Assembly: GCA_965203295.1 (NCBI GenBank)
Contig: CBDBCZ010000018.1
Location: 800,001 to 864,000, forward strand
Length of the DNA stretch: 64,000 nucleotides
Direction: 5' to 3'
DNA from: Nitrospirales bacterium
GTDB taxonomy: Bacteria > Nitrospirota > Nitrospiria > Nitrospirales > UBA8639
In this document: in pieces, positions 49,901-63,179 of the stretch
How the letters are laid out: each line of letters starts with the position of its first letter
Position numbering within the stretch: position 1 is the stretch's first letter
The notes under the pieces: model-generated
Database searches by the model: none
Told to the model about the DNA's origin: nothing
Seen by the model: the letters and a program-made list of their open reading frames with translations, nothing else
Position numbers and translations under genes: made by a program

Positions 49901-52900
49901 ATTTCACGTACATTTTCAGGCACACTACTCACATAGGCTTCTATTACAATTTCGTATGAAACAAAGGGAAGTCAAAACACTGATGGTGTGAATATGCTAT
50001 AGAGTGCTCAATCCCACCGCGCATACAAATGCATATGGACCTCTCTTCTGGGAGAGCAGCTACAGTTGAAACATGAGAACGACGAGAATGATCTGAGAGT
50101 GATGAACAACAGCATCGTTGTCGGTTTCAAATATCACACAAGGCTAGCTATGGCAACTTTCCAATCAACGTTCACACTAGAGAAATGTAGCCGCTAGAGC
50201 ACGGCATGTGTAATGATGATGTAATTATCTGTGTCAAAATGTACTGCATTCATATTTTTGCTAGCTTAAAAACCGGTACTACGCTATGCAAGTTAATACA
50301 TGCATAATGTGAACATACAGTTTGGATTCTCAGGTAGTTCAAGGAAGTGACTACAACAAATGGGGCTGTTTGATGATGACCTGAACAATGAATCCAGACA
50401 CCGAAACACTCCACATTCTGGTACAACCAAGCTGAACAATATAGTGGCTGAATCAACCATAATGTGTTTTACATGTGTAAACTTCCACTTCATGCAATAG
50501 TGAAGTGCATATATTATATTTGCAACATTACAAACTTACTAGTATTCCAGGGTCGAAAAAGAGCATGTAGAATCCAAAACCAAATGCTATCACCAGCAAA
50601 AGTATGATCGGAATTGTCTTGATGAATCTTTTTACAATGTATTCCATCATGGCAACGTAGATTCCAAAAGAAGGACTCTTTCGAATGGCGAGAAGAAGAT
50701 CGATCCAAGCAAGAAAAACTGCCACAGTTCCTATCTGCCACTGCCACTGATGTGCACACAAGCACACTGCATTGAATACCGACACGAAAATGATAGCAAA
50801 CGGTAGCATGACAAGTTTAAGCCAGTTTTGCCAGTCGAGGAAGTAATTCACTTGATAGTAAACAATCTCAATTGTTTCCAAAAATACCAATCTGAAGAGA
50901 GCAGTTATAAATACAAGTACAGCTGCAGAGTAGATGAAGTGACGTCTGCTGCTGCTTTGTTCTGTATTGTGGTGAAAAGAAAAGAATATACACATCAATC
51001 ACTATTATAAGAATGGAAATGGCAGGTGCAACAAATTGAATGCATGGTACACAATGTTACTTGTTAGATCCTATCATCTTGTATCATCAATCCATTGGGA
51101 GTTGTTCTCTGCCAAAGCTACTGTGAAAGCCTCTATTACAACACCGGTAATTGAATCTGCACTTGTAACTAATATGCATGCACAAAAACAATTATACAAA
51201 GCTGCAACTTTAGCAAAGGCTACTGAAGATATAGCTGTTTACAAATCAAAAGTAATGGCAGGATTCTCAAGAATAATTCCTCTGCCTTTATCAAGTGTAT
51301 GTTTATTGTCTCAGTGGTGTTTCCACAGCACTCCCACATAGTGTGGGTGCAATTATAGCTTACATAATTATTGTTTTTATACACACTCACCGCAGTCAAA
51401 CACATCAGTGGCGTTTCCAGCAGTTGTATTGAAAGCAGATAGACCTGCAAAAATAATATCAAATCATTCATTTTTAGTAAACATAACATACACAGTAAAA
51501 AAAGCAACTTCTTTAGCAGGCACAACAGCTGAAGGGTGAAAGATGCATGGGTTAGCTGATATACTGTTGCAAGAATAACAAAGTGGTTAGAGTTCTCCTT
51601 GTTGCAAGTTACAAAGAACACTCCTACAAATTTGTGCATCAGATTTAGTCTCTTGTAGATAACTACATGTTGGTGATTACGTTTCCTGTGACTGATTTCT
51701 GATATAACTACCGTATTTCCGCGATCAGACGCCGCCCTCGATTAGTAGCCGCCCTCGAATTATAGCCGCACCTCCGGAAGTGCTGAACGAAACAGTGGCT
51801 GCCCTCGAATAGTAGCCGCGGCTAAAATTCAGTACCGCGTAAGCAAGAAGATGTAGCAACTACAGTAAAAGTAGAGTAATACTTGACTTTGCTAGCTAAC
51901 AGTTGTCGGACTTCACCTTTGTCTTCTTCGAGATTGCGAATTTAAGGGATCAGAGCCCGACGGAGGCTGCCCGCGAATCTATTTTTTCGATACCTCTCCC
52001 CTCGAAAAACAACTGGCATTGTAGCATGACGGCTATTCAATAGGGTTGAGGCACGAACGGCGATTTTCAAACGGATTTAAACTGCTGTTGTACATCGCTG
52101 TGTAACCAGTAAACCGTTCAATCTAATAAACGCCGCCCTCGATTAGTGGCCGCCCTCGAATAGTGGCCGCGGAAAATCGCGCGATGAAATAAATAGTAGC
52201 CGCGGCGTCTGATCGCGGAAATACGGTACATGGCTTTAGAGTAACTGGCTCTACATGCATTATTTGATCAAATTGGAGTAGGATTTCGAGTCACAAGCGT
52301 TTTTATCAACCAAGGTAAGCTTTCAGCCGAAGTATGGTTACGGCAAGAATGGGACCACAGGACCTTGGGCTATACGAAACCGAAGTATAAAGCCTGGCTC
52401 TACTGCCTTCAGGGTGCTATAAGCCCAAACTCTTGGCAATATTTTCATGGTTGCTATGCATGTACTAGACGCTGTTACAGCAAGCGGTACCTTTTCACAC
52501 AGTCTGCTAGCTTCCTTCATCTCTCTCGTCTCTCTCCAAATCACCACAGTTGCCATTTTCCGGAGGTAAGGTGGCTAGGTCGATGAAGCTACGCACAAAA
52601 CGTTCGTGATACGGATAGTATACGCAGGAGCGCATCTAGCCGGTGAAGCCGGCTTGGAAGCATGTAACTACGCACGTGCAATACATAGATGGCGAAATTC
52701 AAACATGGCGGTCATATTCTAAAAATAGTAGTATCCGTATATGGATTTTTATGATGCAACAGCAGAAAAAAGTAATAGAGAAAACAACGAAGTGGATAAA
52801 AATGAAGCGGTGTGTCGGCATACACTCGAGCGAGATGACTAGTTCTCCGAAGCGAAAGCATATGGGAGACAGAACAATCTTCAAACAAGTGAGTCCAAGT

Positions 52901-55900
52901 ACTGCCATACCCACACTCAGTGACTGTTACAAAGGCTTACAACTAACCTTCCCATCAGTGTCGTTGTGCACGGGGCCTGCGTTAGCTGTATAACCATCCA
53001 ATGCTCTCCGTAGTCACCCTGCAAAGCTGCCGCTCACAGACTTACGTACCCACATGTGTATATATTCCATATTTGGTGGTTACTAAAATTAGCATCTGGA
53101 TACCGTGTTTTTAATTTCGCCGTCTATACTACTTGCATGCTCCCTCGCTGGCTTTGCCGGTTTTATGCACTTCTGTATACGGAAGTGCGATATATCGTAG
53201 CAACGTCAAAACACTGCGATTACGTGAAACGTAAGTTTTCGTAATGCGTTAGCGTTCCGGCTGTTCCTCGGGAACTGAGCATCCGATCGCCATCAAATTT
53301 TGTAGACAACCCCGTCAAAATGTATACATGTATAGATTACGAAACCAATGCGATCTCAATTTTCATAAAAATGTGGGATGTGCCGGGTTTTCGCTCAGCG
53401 GGTCACATGAAAGAGGATAAATGATAAATGATTGATAGGAGTTTACACTACAAAATATACCAGTTTACATGCATTATATGTGACCGGATTTGTGAAAAGG
53501 GACCGCATTGTGCAAATACTGATTTCGAGTTATGCATCAGTTTGGCATAATTTACCTTTTGGTGCGCTTGTCTTCGAAATTTGGTGGCATTCGGACGTTC
53601 GGTTCCCGAGATACAGCCCAAAACGCTTAACACATTACGAAAACTTACGTTTCATGTAATCACAATGTTTTGATGTTGCTACGGTACATCGTACTTCCAC
53701 ATACTATCCGTATCATGAACGCATTTAGTACATAGCTTCATCGAGCTAGCCGCCTTACCTATGGCAAACGGAGACTCTGGTAAGTTGAAGAGAGTGGAGA
53801 GAGATGAAGGAAGCTAGCAGACTGTGTAAAAAAGTACCGCTTGTTGTAACAGCGTCTTGTACACACATAACGTGTTCTGTATACTAACTTACCACAATAA
53901 TATGGCAGTGAGTTTGGGCTTATAGCGCCCTGATGGCTGTAGAGCCAGGCTTCATGCTTCAGTTTCTTGTAACCTAAGGTCTTGTGGACCCATTCATGCC
54001 ATAATCGTACTTTGGCTGAAAACTTACCTTGGTCACTAAAATGCTTTATATTTGCGCAATGTGGTCCCTTTTCGCAAATCCGATCACATAATACTATAGA
54101 CATGACATCTGAATCTCTTACTTACAAGATTCACTGAGTGGGCTAGGAGCTGCAAGGGCCAGGGTGGTCAGCAATATCACAAAGAAGCAGTGCAACAGCA
54201 TGCTAACGATGTAAAGGAACCTCGGCAATTTCCACTTGCTGTTCACTAGTCGTGTCACTAGAGGATGCTGCAGCAACTCCACATTTCCACTCTCAGCCTG
54301 GTTGAGATAGAGGAAACAATACATGTATACCTAGCCTGAAAACAGACAAATACTTAGGATTTCACGTTGATGTATGATTTCAGAATACAGTGAAACCCCA
54401 TTAATTTTAAAGAACACCCTGAAGTAAGGATATCTCCTTGTTAAATTATGCAATTCACTGCTGCAAAAATAGATTTTGAGTTGAAAGTGTTTTAGCGACC
54501 AAGACGAGTTTATAGCAAAAGTACAATTATGGCATGAATGGGTCTACAGGATCTTAGGCTACAAGAAAGTGAGGCATGAAGCCTGGCTATGCTGTCACGC
54601 ACGCATATTATTGTTGTAAATCCGTTATATGGAACACGTTACTATGCATGTACGCTGTTACAGCACGTGGTACCTCTTTACACAGTCTGCCAGCTTCCTT
54701 CATCTTTCTCAACTCTCTCCAACCTACCTTCATTTGCCAGAGTTAGGGCAGCTAGGTCTATGGAGCTAGGTACTAAATGCGATCATGATACGAATAGTAT
54801 ACGCACGTACTATATAGCACAGAAACCCCAATTACACGAAATGTGTTAATGTTTCAGGCTGTATTTCAGGAACTGAGTTTTGTGTAGCCTAAGGTCCTGT
54901 GGACCAATTCATGCCATAATCATACTTTGGCTGAAAGCTGACCTTGGTCGATAAAAATGCTTATAACTCAAAATCAATTTTTGTAGGATGTGCCGGATTT
55001 TCACTCAGTGGTTCAAAGATATAAATTTACCCCTAAAATGAGGACAACTCTCTATACCAGTCACCAGTATAAACAGTGGATAACAGTACAGCTCACAAAT
55101 TCAAAGGACTAGCTCACCATGAGTTTCAAAGGATGATTCACCCTATCATATCCTTGAGGCCCCCACTTTGCACTCTTGCCACCATTCTCAGGGAAGAAGA
55201 TCTGAGCATATTTTTCCACCACCGCAGGCAAGGGAACAGACTTGGGATCCTGAAAATCTTCAATCAGCTCATAGTCGTATTTGACAAACTTTCCATCACA
55301 AGTGATGCAACGATCTAAAACCAGAGCTGCTGCAACTATGAGGTAAATTTTGGGGGGAAAATACAATAAGCTCACTGAATGCCAGAATTACATTACCAGC
55401 GTGATGCTCCACTCCATAATTTCTACAACAATGGTGTACTAGTACAGTGTTTGGCAATTTTCATGCTTACCAATCCAGCAAAATTAATTCTGCATTGTAC
55501 ATGCTAGAACATTAATAGCTACAGCCATTGCAAGGGCGGCAGGTTGAAACCAAGAAAGTTTTCAGGATCAATAACCTGATACATAGCATATTCGATCCGT
55601 AACTGTTGTCATCATGCTAAAGAACGGTGGTCCTACTGAAGTCTCCGACTCTTCCCTAAACCAGTTACCATCACATCTGCCAGTGACTACCAGTCCAACT
55701 AGCTGCATAGCAATGAAGGTAGGCATAACTAGTCGTCTTGATCGTTTGTATATTTCGCCACGTGTATCCATTCTATTACTGATTAGATCAACTTTTGCCA
55801 CAGTTACATCATTATTAGTAATCACTCTACTCAATTTTATGGCTATTAAAGAAAGGGGTTGCCCCTCCTGCCCATACAGTGAATTTGCCGTTTCTAAAGA

Positions 55901-58900
55901 CACTATAGTGAAGCATTACGTAATAGCCACTTACGTGGCGTACGCCGTGCAATGAGTAAAAACCAAAATCAATAAAGAGAACATGTAGGGAAGGAAAACC
56001 AAAAGAGCTATAAAACAAGGTAGGAATGACACTTCAATACTTCTGTAGATTACTTTATACAGATAAACCTGGGCTAAAGTATGTAGGCTGGGTTACAGGA
56101 TCCTTTGTATATAGGTATTGCCTTTTAGAATAGCCCAAGCTTGTCATTATAAAGAGCTCAATATGAATCCACATATTCTTTTCCAAAACCAACTATTTAC
56201 CTAAGTAATGGCAGTAGAATTTGAAAGCACAGAGCATTTAAAGGCTGGGAATTGATTATAAGGGTGCATAAAATATTCATGCGTCATTTAGGGAAACAAA
56301 GTGGTTACCCAAACTGTGCACCGTCTTTGTGTATGTGAGACAGTGAATATGTGTAGTCATCCCACCATGCCATGCTGACCTGGCATTCGTGTAATAGCCT
56401 CACGCATGGGTGTAGTTTTGTTCTGAGTAGTTTTGAAGAGTTTCTCCCACCTTTTACTCTTAACAATAGCCTCGACAACATCTCTGTAGAATGAGTATGG
56501 ACAACACAAAGATATTTGAATCATTTAGAAATGAAAGTTTATATCCATCAGGCACCTGAAAAAAACTGATGAAAGCGGGATTCAGTAGTATTGACTGTAT
56601 CTCCAGTGCCGGCATATTACTTCTACACGTTACATAGTAACTGTTGAAGTCACTGACACCAGTTCATGGCTTAATTTTACTGCTGTTCACAGGAATAGTG
56701 TGATGAATAGTCCTCTGAGTGGAGCATAATAGACCTTCTTGCAGGCATACAAGTATAGCATGAATAGTCCTCTGAGTGGAGCATAATAGACCTTCTTGCA
56801 GGCATACAAGTATAGCATAATTGTGGGCATAATCTACCATGGCGTAATTCTGTGCACTTACTCATGTCCCTTCCGAATGGCTGACATTAATGGAGTGTAG
56901 TTGTCATCATCAGCTTCTGCAAAACTAACTCCTTTTCTGAGCAATAGAAACTCAACGATCCTCACTCTGCCATAGTAACAGGCATAATGCACAGGCGTCT
57001 GTTAAAAAAACATCATACCACAGGTCATAATTCATGCATTCTACTACACCAGTTACTCTTCAGAAGAAAGAAGGTTAGATATATGTTACTTCATGTTTTC
57101 CGCATTTGTTTGTGCTTACTTGTGCGTCGATTCTCACTCGAGCGCAATATAAAATATTAGGTTATACATTACTATGCAACTAAAGTATACAGCAGCTTTT
57201 GGAGGTTTGTAGGCCCAGCTACAGCAATGAATAGTTGTGTTGCCTAGACGGCATAAACTTGGTAGGCAGCTGAAATTTCATAACAGATAGCTACATTTTC
57301 GATGTACTGTGTTTGACTATTTCAGCAGGATGCTTATTATAGCATAAATACTACTTCTACAGCTGTAGTTAGCTTGGCCTAAGCTAAGTTGTGTGTATTG
57401 CACTAGACTTGTCAGACTCCATGTACCTTTCCTTTATCATCCTTCTCATCGACATCAGCCCCGTGCTCCAGAAGGACAATGACAGTGTCCAGGTGGCCGT
57501 ACTGGCAGGCCACATGAAGTGGAGTCTGTACAAATACAAGTTTGAGGTAGCAGATCACTTTTTCTGTAATCAAAATTCGACATACCACCTTGGCATCTGC
57601 AATGCAAAATGGCACTTATAATGCATTGTCTTATCTGCCCCACAGCACTGTGTAATATACAGAAGCTGCAATGATCGATCGTATCCTGTTTACTTTGTGC
57701 ACGAATTGACCTCTGTACTAATACAATATTATATTTATCAATATTCATAGCTTTCTACACTGATAAAACATTCACAATTACCTTTCCATGCAAATTTCTT
57801 CTGTTTACGTCTGCCTTGTTCTCCAAAAGAAGACTAGCAATGTCTACACGACCATGCTGGCTGGCAGAGTGAAGAGCGATCTGTTAAAAATGAAAGAGAT
57901 ATTTGATGTGGTAGATCACTTATGAAATTCCTAAAGAGCCCACAATTCACTACAAAAATTGGTTTTTGTTCTTCTGAGTAGAGAAATAGAGAAAAGAATA
58001 GAAAAAATAGATGGAGCTCTGAGGAAATCCAGTACCTGGAAAGAACCAGAGATCATCCAGCCCGTGACCGCAGAAAATTTGAAATTTGAAAAGACTCAAA
58101 GTTTTAAAAACAAGGTAACAAAGGAGACCAAATAGGTCTTCACTCCATTAAAAAACCGTTCAGAGAAAATCCCATGGTCCCGGTTTAACCACAAGGTCTT
58201 ACCGAGGCTAGCAGGAGCCTCCTACAAAAAGTTTATAAGGTTAAAAAGCTTATGAAACTTTAAAAATTGTAAGAGCGGTCCCAACCCAAGCAGCTCCCAG
58301 CCTCCCCTAAAACTGCCATGAAATTTATCTGTACAGTAGTATTTTTGTCAAGGTACATTGTTATCACAATCATTTCTTTAAGTGGAGTTCCCCAATTTAG
58401 GTGCCACTGTTTAGAGGAAATGCCAATACCTCTGTATTATCATCAAGCTTGTTTATGTCTGTCCCCGGATGCTCCAAAAGAACCGCAACAGTCTTTTTAT
58501 GGCCATGGGAGCTTGCAATGTGCAGAGAAGTCTGGAAAATAAATATTACATGATGTAACATGGTGAAGTGTCCTGTATAGAGATTTCTTTTTTTATTCCA
58601 GGGGTAATTTAATATTAACCCTTTGGCTTCCTAGATTTGTGAATATTATTTTAGTCTGTGAGCTTACCTCCAGTAATCTGAATTATTACTGTCTCCTGCT
58701 AGGCCCTACTGCACTGTAGAATGCCCTAAGGGAAATCCCCTGAGGCGCTAGGCACGATGCGTTGCCATGGAAACACGTGTTAGGTCACGTGACTTGTAAA
58801 AGCATTGTAAACTTGTGATTTTCAGGCTGAGCACGGTAGTTAGCTAAAGCACGGAGTATGATGACTGATAGGCAGTAGCTACAGTATAGAATAGGCTCTG

Positions 58901-61900
58901 GAGATGCACAGACGGGTCACAGACACAGAGAACCTACAGAAGCTGAGAAGACCAGAAGGAAGCACTGACCAGACAAGTTGCAGCGCGGACTAGCGCATTA
59001 GCGCACGAGAGCGACATTTTTGTGGTTGTTATATCCGTACAGGAAGCTATGAATATTTATAAAATATATATCAGTACAGAGGTCAATACATGCGCAAAGT
59101 AAACAGGATATAATCGTTGTGGTTGCTGCGTACTACGCGGCACTACGTGGCTGATAAGACCAGGCAATTTAAGAGCGCCATTTGGCGCTCTCGGAAGCCA
59201 TAGGGTTAAGAAAGCATATTTGTGGCACAGCAAAGTGTCCTCAATACAGAGCTGTGCTTATTTTCAGCGGTTTTCTTTTAACTCATTGCATGCCACGGGC
59301 CACTTTATTGGCCTTTACGTAACGCTTCCGCTACGCCACGGGCCATTAAAGTGGCCCTAGAAACGGCAAGTTCGTTTATCGGCCAGGAGGGGCAACCCCT
59401 TCCTTTATTAGCCATAAAATTGAGTACTGTGATTACTAATAGTGATGTAACTGTGCCGAAAGTCGGTCTACTCAGTAATAGAACGGATATACACGGCAAA
59501 ATATACAACCGATCAAGACGATTAGCTACGGCTACCTACACTGCTACACAGTTAGTTAGGCCTTGTAGGCTTTGTAGTCAACTTCATTGGCAGATACAAT
59601 GGTAACTGGTTCAGGAGAGAGACGGGGGCTTCAGCAGGATCGTCGATCTTTGCTGCCTGAGCGTCAAGACCACAGTACCGTGTCGAACTTACCGTGTATC
59701 GGGTTATCGATCCTGAATCCCTTCTTCGTTCCAATCCGCTGCCCTTTTTGCCTTCAATGGCTGTAGCTGGTAGTCTTCCAACATATACGATGCAAAATTT
59801 GCTGGATACTTGACTTGGTAAGCATAAAAATAGCCATACGCTGTACTAAAACTTTTAGTACGCCATTTTTGTAAAAACGGTGGCGTGGAGCATCACGCGC
59901 GTGACGTAATTACGGCGTGCAATGAGTTAAGAGGGGTTCCACTGTACTAAGATACTGGACTGAAGCTGCTCTTAGTGTGTATAGGGGACTTGAAACTGGT
60001 CTCGCTGGTCTGATCATAGATCTAGCAATTCACATTCATAAGGCTTACGCATTAATCAAGCTACCCTCATTCCCAGGCCCGCGACTTCTTCAGTTACACA
60101 AAGGAAAGTCACAGGGCGTGATATCTAAAGTTGATCAAATTATGTCATTATCCGCTTTGAAAGACAACAGCATTTCTCTAAATTTTACCGGAGTCTTAGT
60201 ATCAGTGGTATAAGTCTATGGCATAAACACGCTATAGAGATAAGCTACAAGAGGTGTGGATTCACTACTTTCTCTCACTGTCTAAGAATTCCAAGTGTAT
60301 GCACTCATGCTCATAATTACCACCTCTCTATTTTTGGGTCTACGTAAGTGACTTTAGATCCCAGGCCCTGTGACAGCTTTCATGCAGCCAGAAAAGTTGT
60401 GGGACTGGGAATGAGATCGCTAATAACTTTAACACACAAAGACACTGATTAAAACTTGCAAAGAAGCTCATATGGCATAATATTGACGGGAATAGATAGG
60501 AGTGCTTACCCTTCCGGTGTTATCCTGCTCGTTTACATCCATTCCAGTGTCCAACAGCTTTGCAGCAATTTCATCGTGCCCAAAATGACTAGCAGTACTC
60601 AGGGGCGTCTGTAAAATAATGCTTCGTAAAAGTAATGAAAAACACAAATTACTCCCCTTGTTTGCATATTACACTCAACAAACTGTGTAAATATGTAAAT
60701 GCAACAACTGTCAATGTGTTTTCACGACAGGTTCGTGCCCTGCCGCTTAATGGAAGTTCAGAGATATTGTGTTTTAAACGTAGAGACCCAGCTGGGCATT
60801 GAACCCAGAACCTTCTGAATACTAGTCAGGTGCTCTTACCACTGAGCTACGGGGGCCCCTTGGCAGAGGAGCAGTAGGCAGTCTTTAGAGCCTCTAAACC
60901 CACTAGTAGCACTTGCCAGTAGGGCCCAGCCAATTGCATGCAACTGTAATTACTCTCCCATTAGGCCTCCCCCCTATTTCCTAAACACCATAAATGTGCT
61001 CGACCCAAACGTAGCAAACATGCATACAGGTTGTGAGTTCCACTCACATGTCCATACTTATCCTTTTTGATGGCATCAGCTCCATTATCCAGTAGAAGAG
61101 TGACAATGTGTGCATGAGAGCTTACCCAATGCAATGGGACCTATACAACAAAAGAACGTAATATATACGCACTAGATAAAATTAATACTGACGTACACGT
61201 TCCCCATACTCACCTGCATACACAATACTTCCTTCAACACACACATCCATCCATAATCATCACCATCAACCACGACATCTCACCTCAATCCAACAACCAT
61301 CCTTATGTCCTTATCCACAATCATTACATACTTCACAAAACACAACACCCCACGCTACAACCAAATCCAAACCTTCACAGGAACATTACTCCCATAAAAA
61401 TGCACTTCGCTCGACAAATCTCGCATTCACAAGCACAAACCAAGCAGAGTAATTCCGCGGTATTTTAAAGTAGAAGCTTTAGTACCCACTCACTTGGCCC
61501 TGATGATCTTCTTTGTTGATATTCGCCCCATGGTCCAGTAGGGTTTTCACAGTGTCCTCGTCACCACTCTTACATGCAAAGTGCAAGGGTGTCTGCAAAA
61601 GTTAACACTTGCAGTCAACTACATAATGAAGTCAATATTGCAATGGTTTGTTGCACTTTTTGGGCAATACTGCAGGAGAGTAGCCACACAATTTTATGTG
61701 GCAGAAAACGAAGAAAAGCTGAAATGAAATGTAAAAGTGCATGCAATACATCATGTTACATACTATACATAGATTATTGCTGTAAGGAATTTATTTCATA
61801 CTTTATGGTAAAACTGTGTTGGTATCCTTGCAATTCTACATGTACATGCACACTATCGGTACTTTTTCACATGCATGCCTAGACCTTACATGTAAGGATG

Positions 61901-62863
61901 TGTAGCAGGCCTAATGTATGTATATATTCACTTACACAGGGTTAGTTCAGACTACATGTTTATGCTATAGAGTAACACTTGCATAATCGTAAGTGTATCC
62001 AGTGCAAAATGTAGGAGTTATAGTATTTCATGTGTACATCCCATAGACGCAAATTCCTCCACTGGTTATGTTGAGTACCATGAAGATATGTAAAACACTT
62101 CAAAGTTTATGTATCATTAAATTTTATAGTAGGTATACTTCTTTCAGCTTTGGCAAGGTACACACACACATACCGCCCCATTGTTATCTTCAGAATCCAC
62201 TGCCGCGCCATGTATAAAGCTACCGTCCTCAGCTCTATCTTGTTGGAGATGCTCTCTGAAGGGAGAGAAGGAAAATGTTTACCTCGTACCCAGGTCTTTC
62301 ACTTTTTAAAATAAATCCTGTAAAGCAGGCATGGGTACAAGGTTGAAAGGTTTGATTGCTTAGTTTCTGCAGCTCAGGATGCCTATTGTAGCATAGTTAC
62401 TATAAGTTGTAGTTCTACAGCTGCAGTTTGCTTGGCCTAAGCTGAGTTGTGTATTGTACGGGAAAGGTTCCTGGCTGGTTTTTAGACATGAAATGTCAGA
62501 CTTGTTTGTAAAGCTACGGTAAGGTAGGGGTTTTACTACTTAGATTCTAGCTATTTTACTTTGAAACTGTTACATGTAACGTACACAAGATCACTCAAGG
62601 AGCGGTTATTATGTTCCATTTTGCCAAAGACTTTTTCATTACATGATCAGCCAGCATATAGCTAAATACCATCCACTATAGTGCACGTGATCATTTTCAA
62701 CCTCTCCTGGGTTGAATCAATGCACCATTCTTGCAGTGGAGACAAAATGTACATGTACAGACTAACCTTGGGTCTAGCAGCAATTTCACTACTCTCGCAC
62801 AGCCTCTACCAGCAGCAATATGGAGGGCAGTCCCACTCTCACAGCCGGCACCAACTTCCAGAT
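46940..62863 (-). CDS. TRPA-like ankyrin-repeat cation channel, 17 exons, about 763 aa visible, 5' end not found
   Basis: Phase-consistent GT-AG exons: 62767-62863, 62174-62255, 61494-61592, 61048-61140, 60510-60608, 57782-57880, 57427-57525, 56862-56998, 56380-56483, 55118-55335, 54126-54297, 51391-51444, 50540-50961, 49369-49569, 48782-48850, 47357-47467, 46940-47077. Motifs include TPLH ankyrin repeats, [49 protein letters not shown] and a C-terminal coiled coil. Confidence 0.92.
51711..52226. mobile_element. Young TA-flanked MITE (pogo/Tigger-like)
   Basis: Perfect 25-bp TIR CCGTATTTCCGCGATCAGACGCCGC, TA on both sides, and subterminal gccgccctcga repeats. Confidence 0.9.
53477..54090. 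mobile_element. MITE with ~40-bp TIRs; related copies at about 52260-53410 and 54470-55005
   Basis: TIRs tatgtgaccggatttgtgaaaagggaccgcattgtgcaaata and tatttgcgcaatgtggtcccttttcgcaaatccgatcacata. Internal blocks such as cacagtctgctagcttccttcatct are shared with the other copies. Confidence 0.8.
56703..56818. repeat. 57-bp x2 tandem duplication, intronic
   Basis: Two copies of atgaatagtcctctgagtggagcataatagaccttcttgcaggcatacaagtatagc. Confidence 0.9.
58619..59205. mobile_element. piggyBac-type MITE A
   Basis: TTAA on both sides. TIRs CCCTTTGGCTTCCTAGA and CCCTATGGCTTCCGAGA match at 15 of 17 positions. Confidence 0.85.
59282..59926. mobile_element. TTAA-flanked MITE B; a diverged inverted copy lies at about 55371-55956
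   Basis: TTAA at 59278-59281 and 59927-59930, TIR CTCATTGCAYGCC. Confidence 0.85.
60784..60856 (-). pseudogene. tRNA-Thr(AGT)-like sequence, probably a tRNA-derived SINE head or pseudo-tRNA, in a channel intron
   Basis: GCCCCCG TA GCTC AGTGGTAA GAGC A CCTGA CTAGTAT TCAGA AGGTT CTGGG TTCAATG CCCAG CTGGGTC. The D and T arms pair, but the acceptor stem has two mismatches and the anticodon stem has one. Confidence 0.7.
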
Positions 62864-63179
62864 CTATGACAAAGTGGGGCAGAAACATGAATGTAAGTTG
62901 TACATGTCATTCTACCTACTATATACATTTCTGACAAAATTCTTAAGGTACATTGTTTGTCTACAATTAAGGGTGTGTTTTACTGACTCAATTGAGCACA
63001 TATCTAGCTGTATTTTCGCATCCCACATTTACACGCACAGTGGTGAAATGCTTGTTTGTGATCGTGTGTCTGTTTGTTTGTTTTTCCAAAGAAAAAATGA
63101 GGGTTGAACGATTACTACTCATATTAAAAATGCAATCTACGTGTATTAGTAGCAAGACACCATACAAGGTTAGATACTG

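Noticed and set aside
55568..59605. Similar ORFs ([17 protein letters not shown]) at 55568-55903 and 59351-59605
   Set aside because: They are two copies of the same MITE, have no recognisable domain and differ in their ends.
60784..60856. Functional tRNA-Thr gene
   Set aside because: The acceptor and anticodon stems are mismatched and the T loop is atypical. A SINE or pseudogene is more likely.
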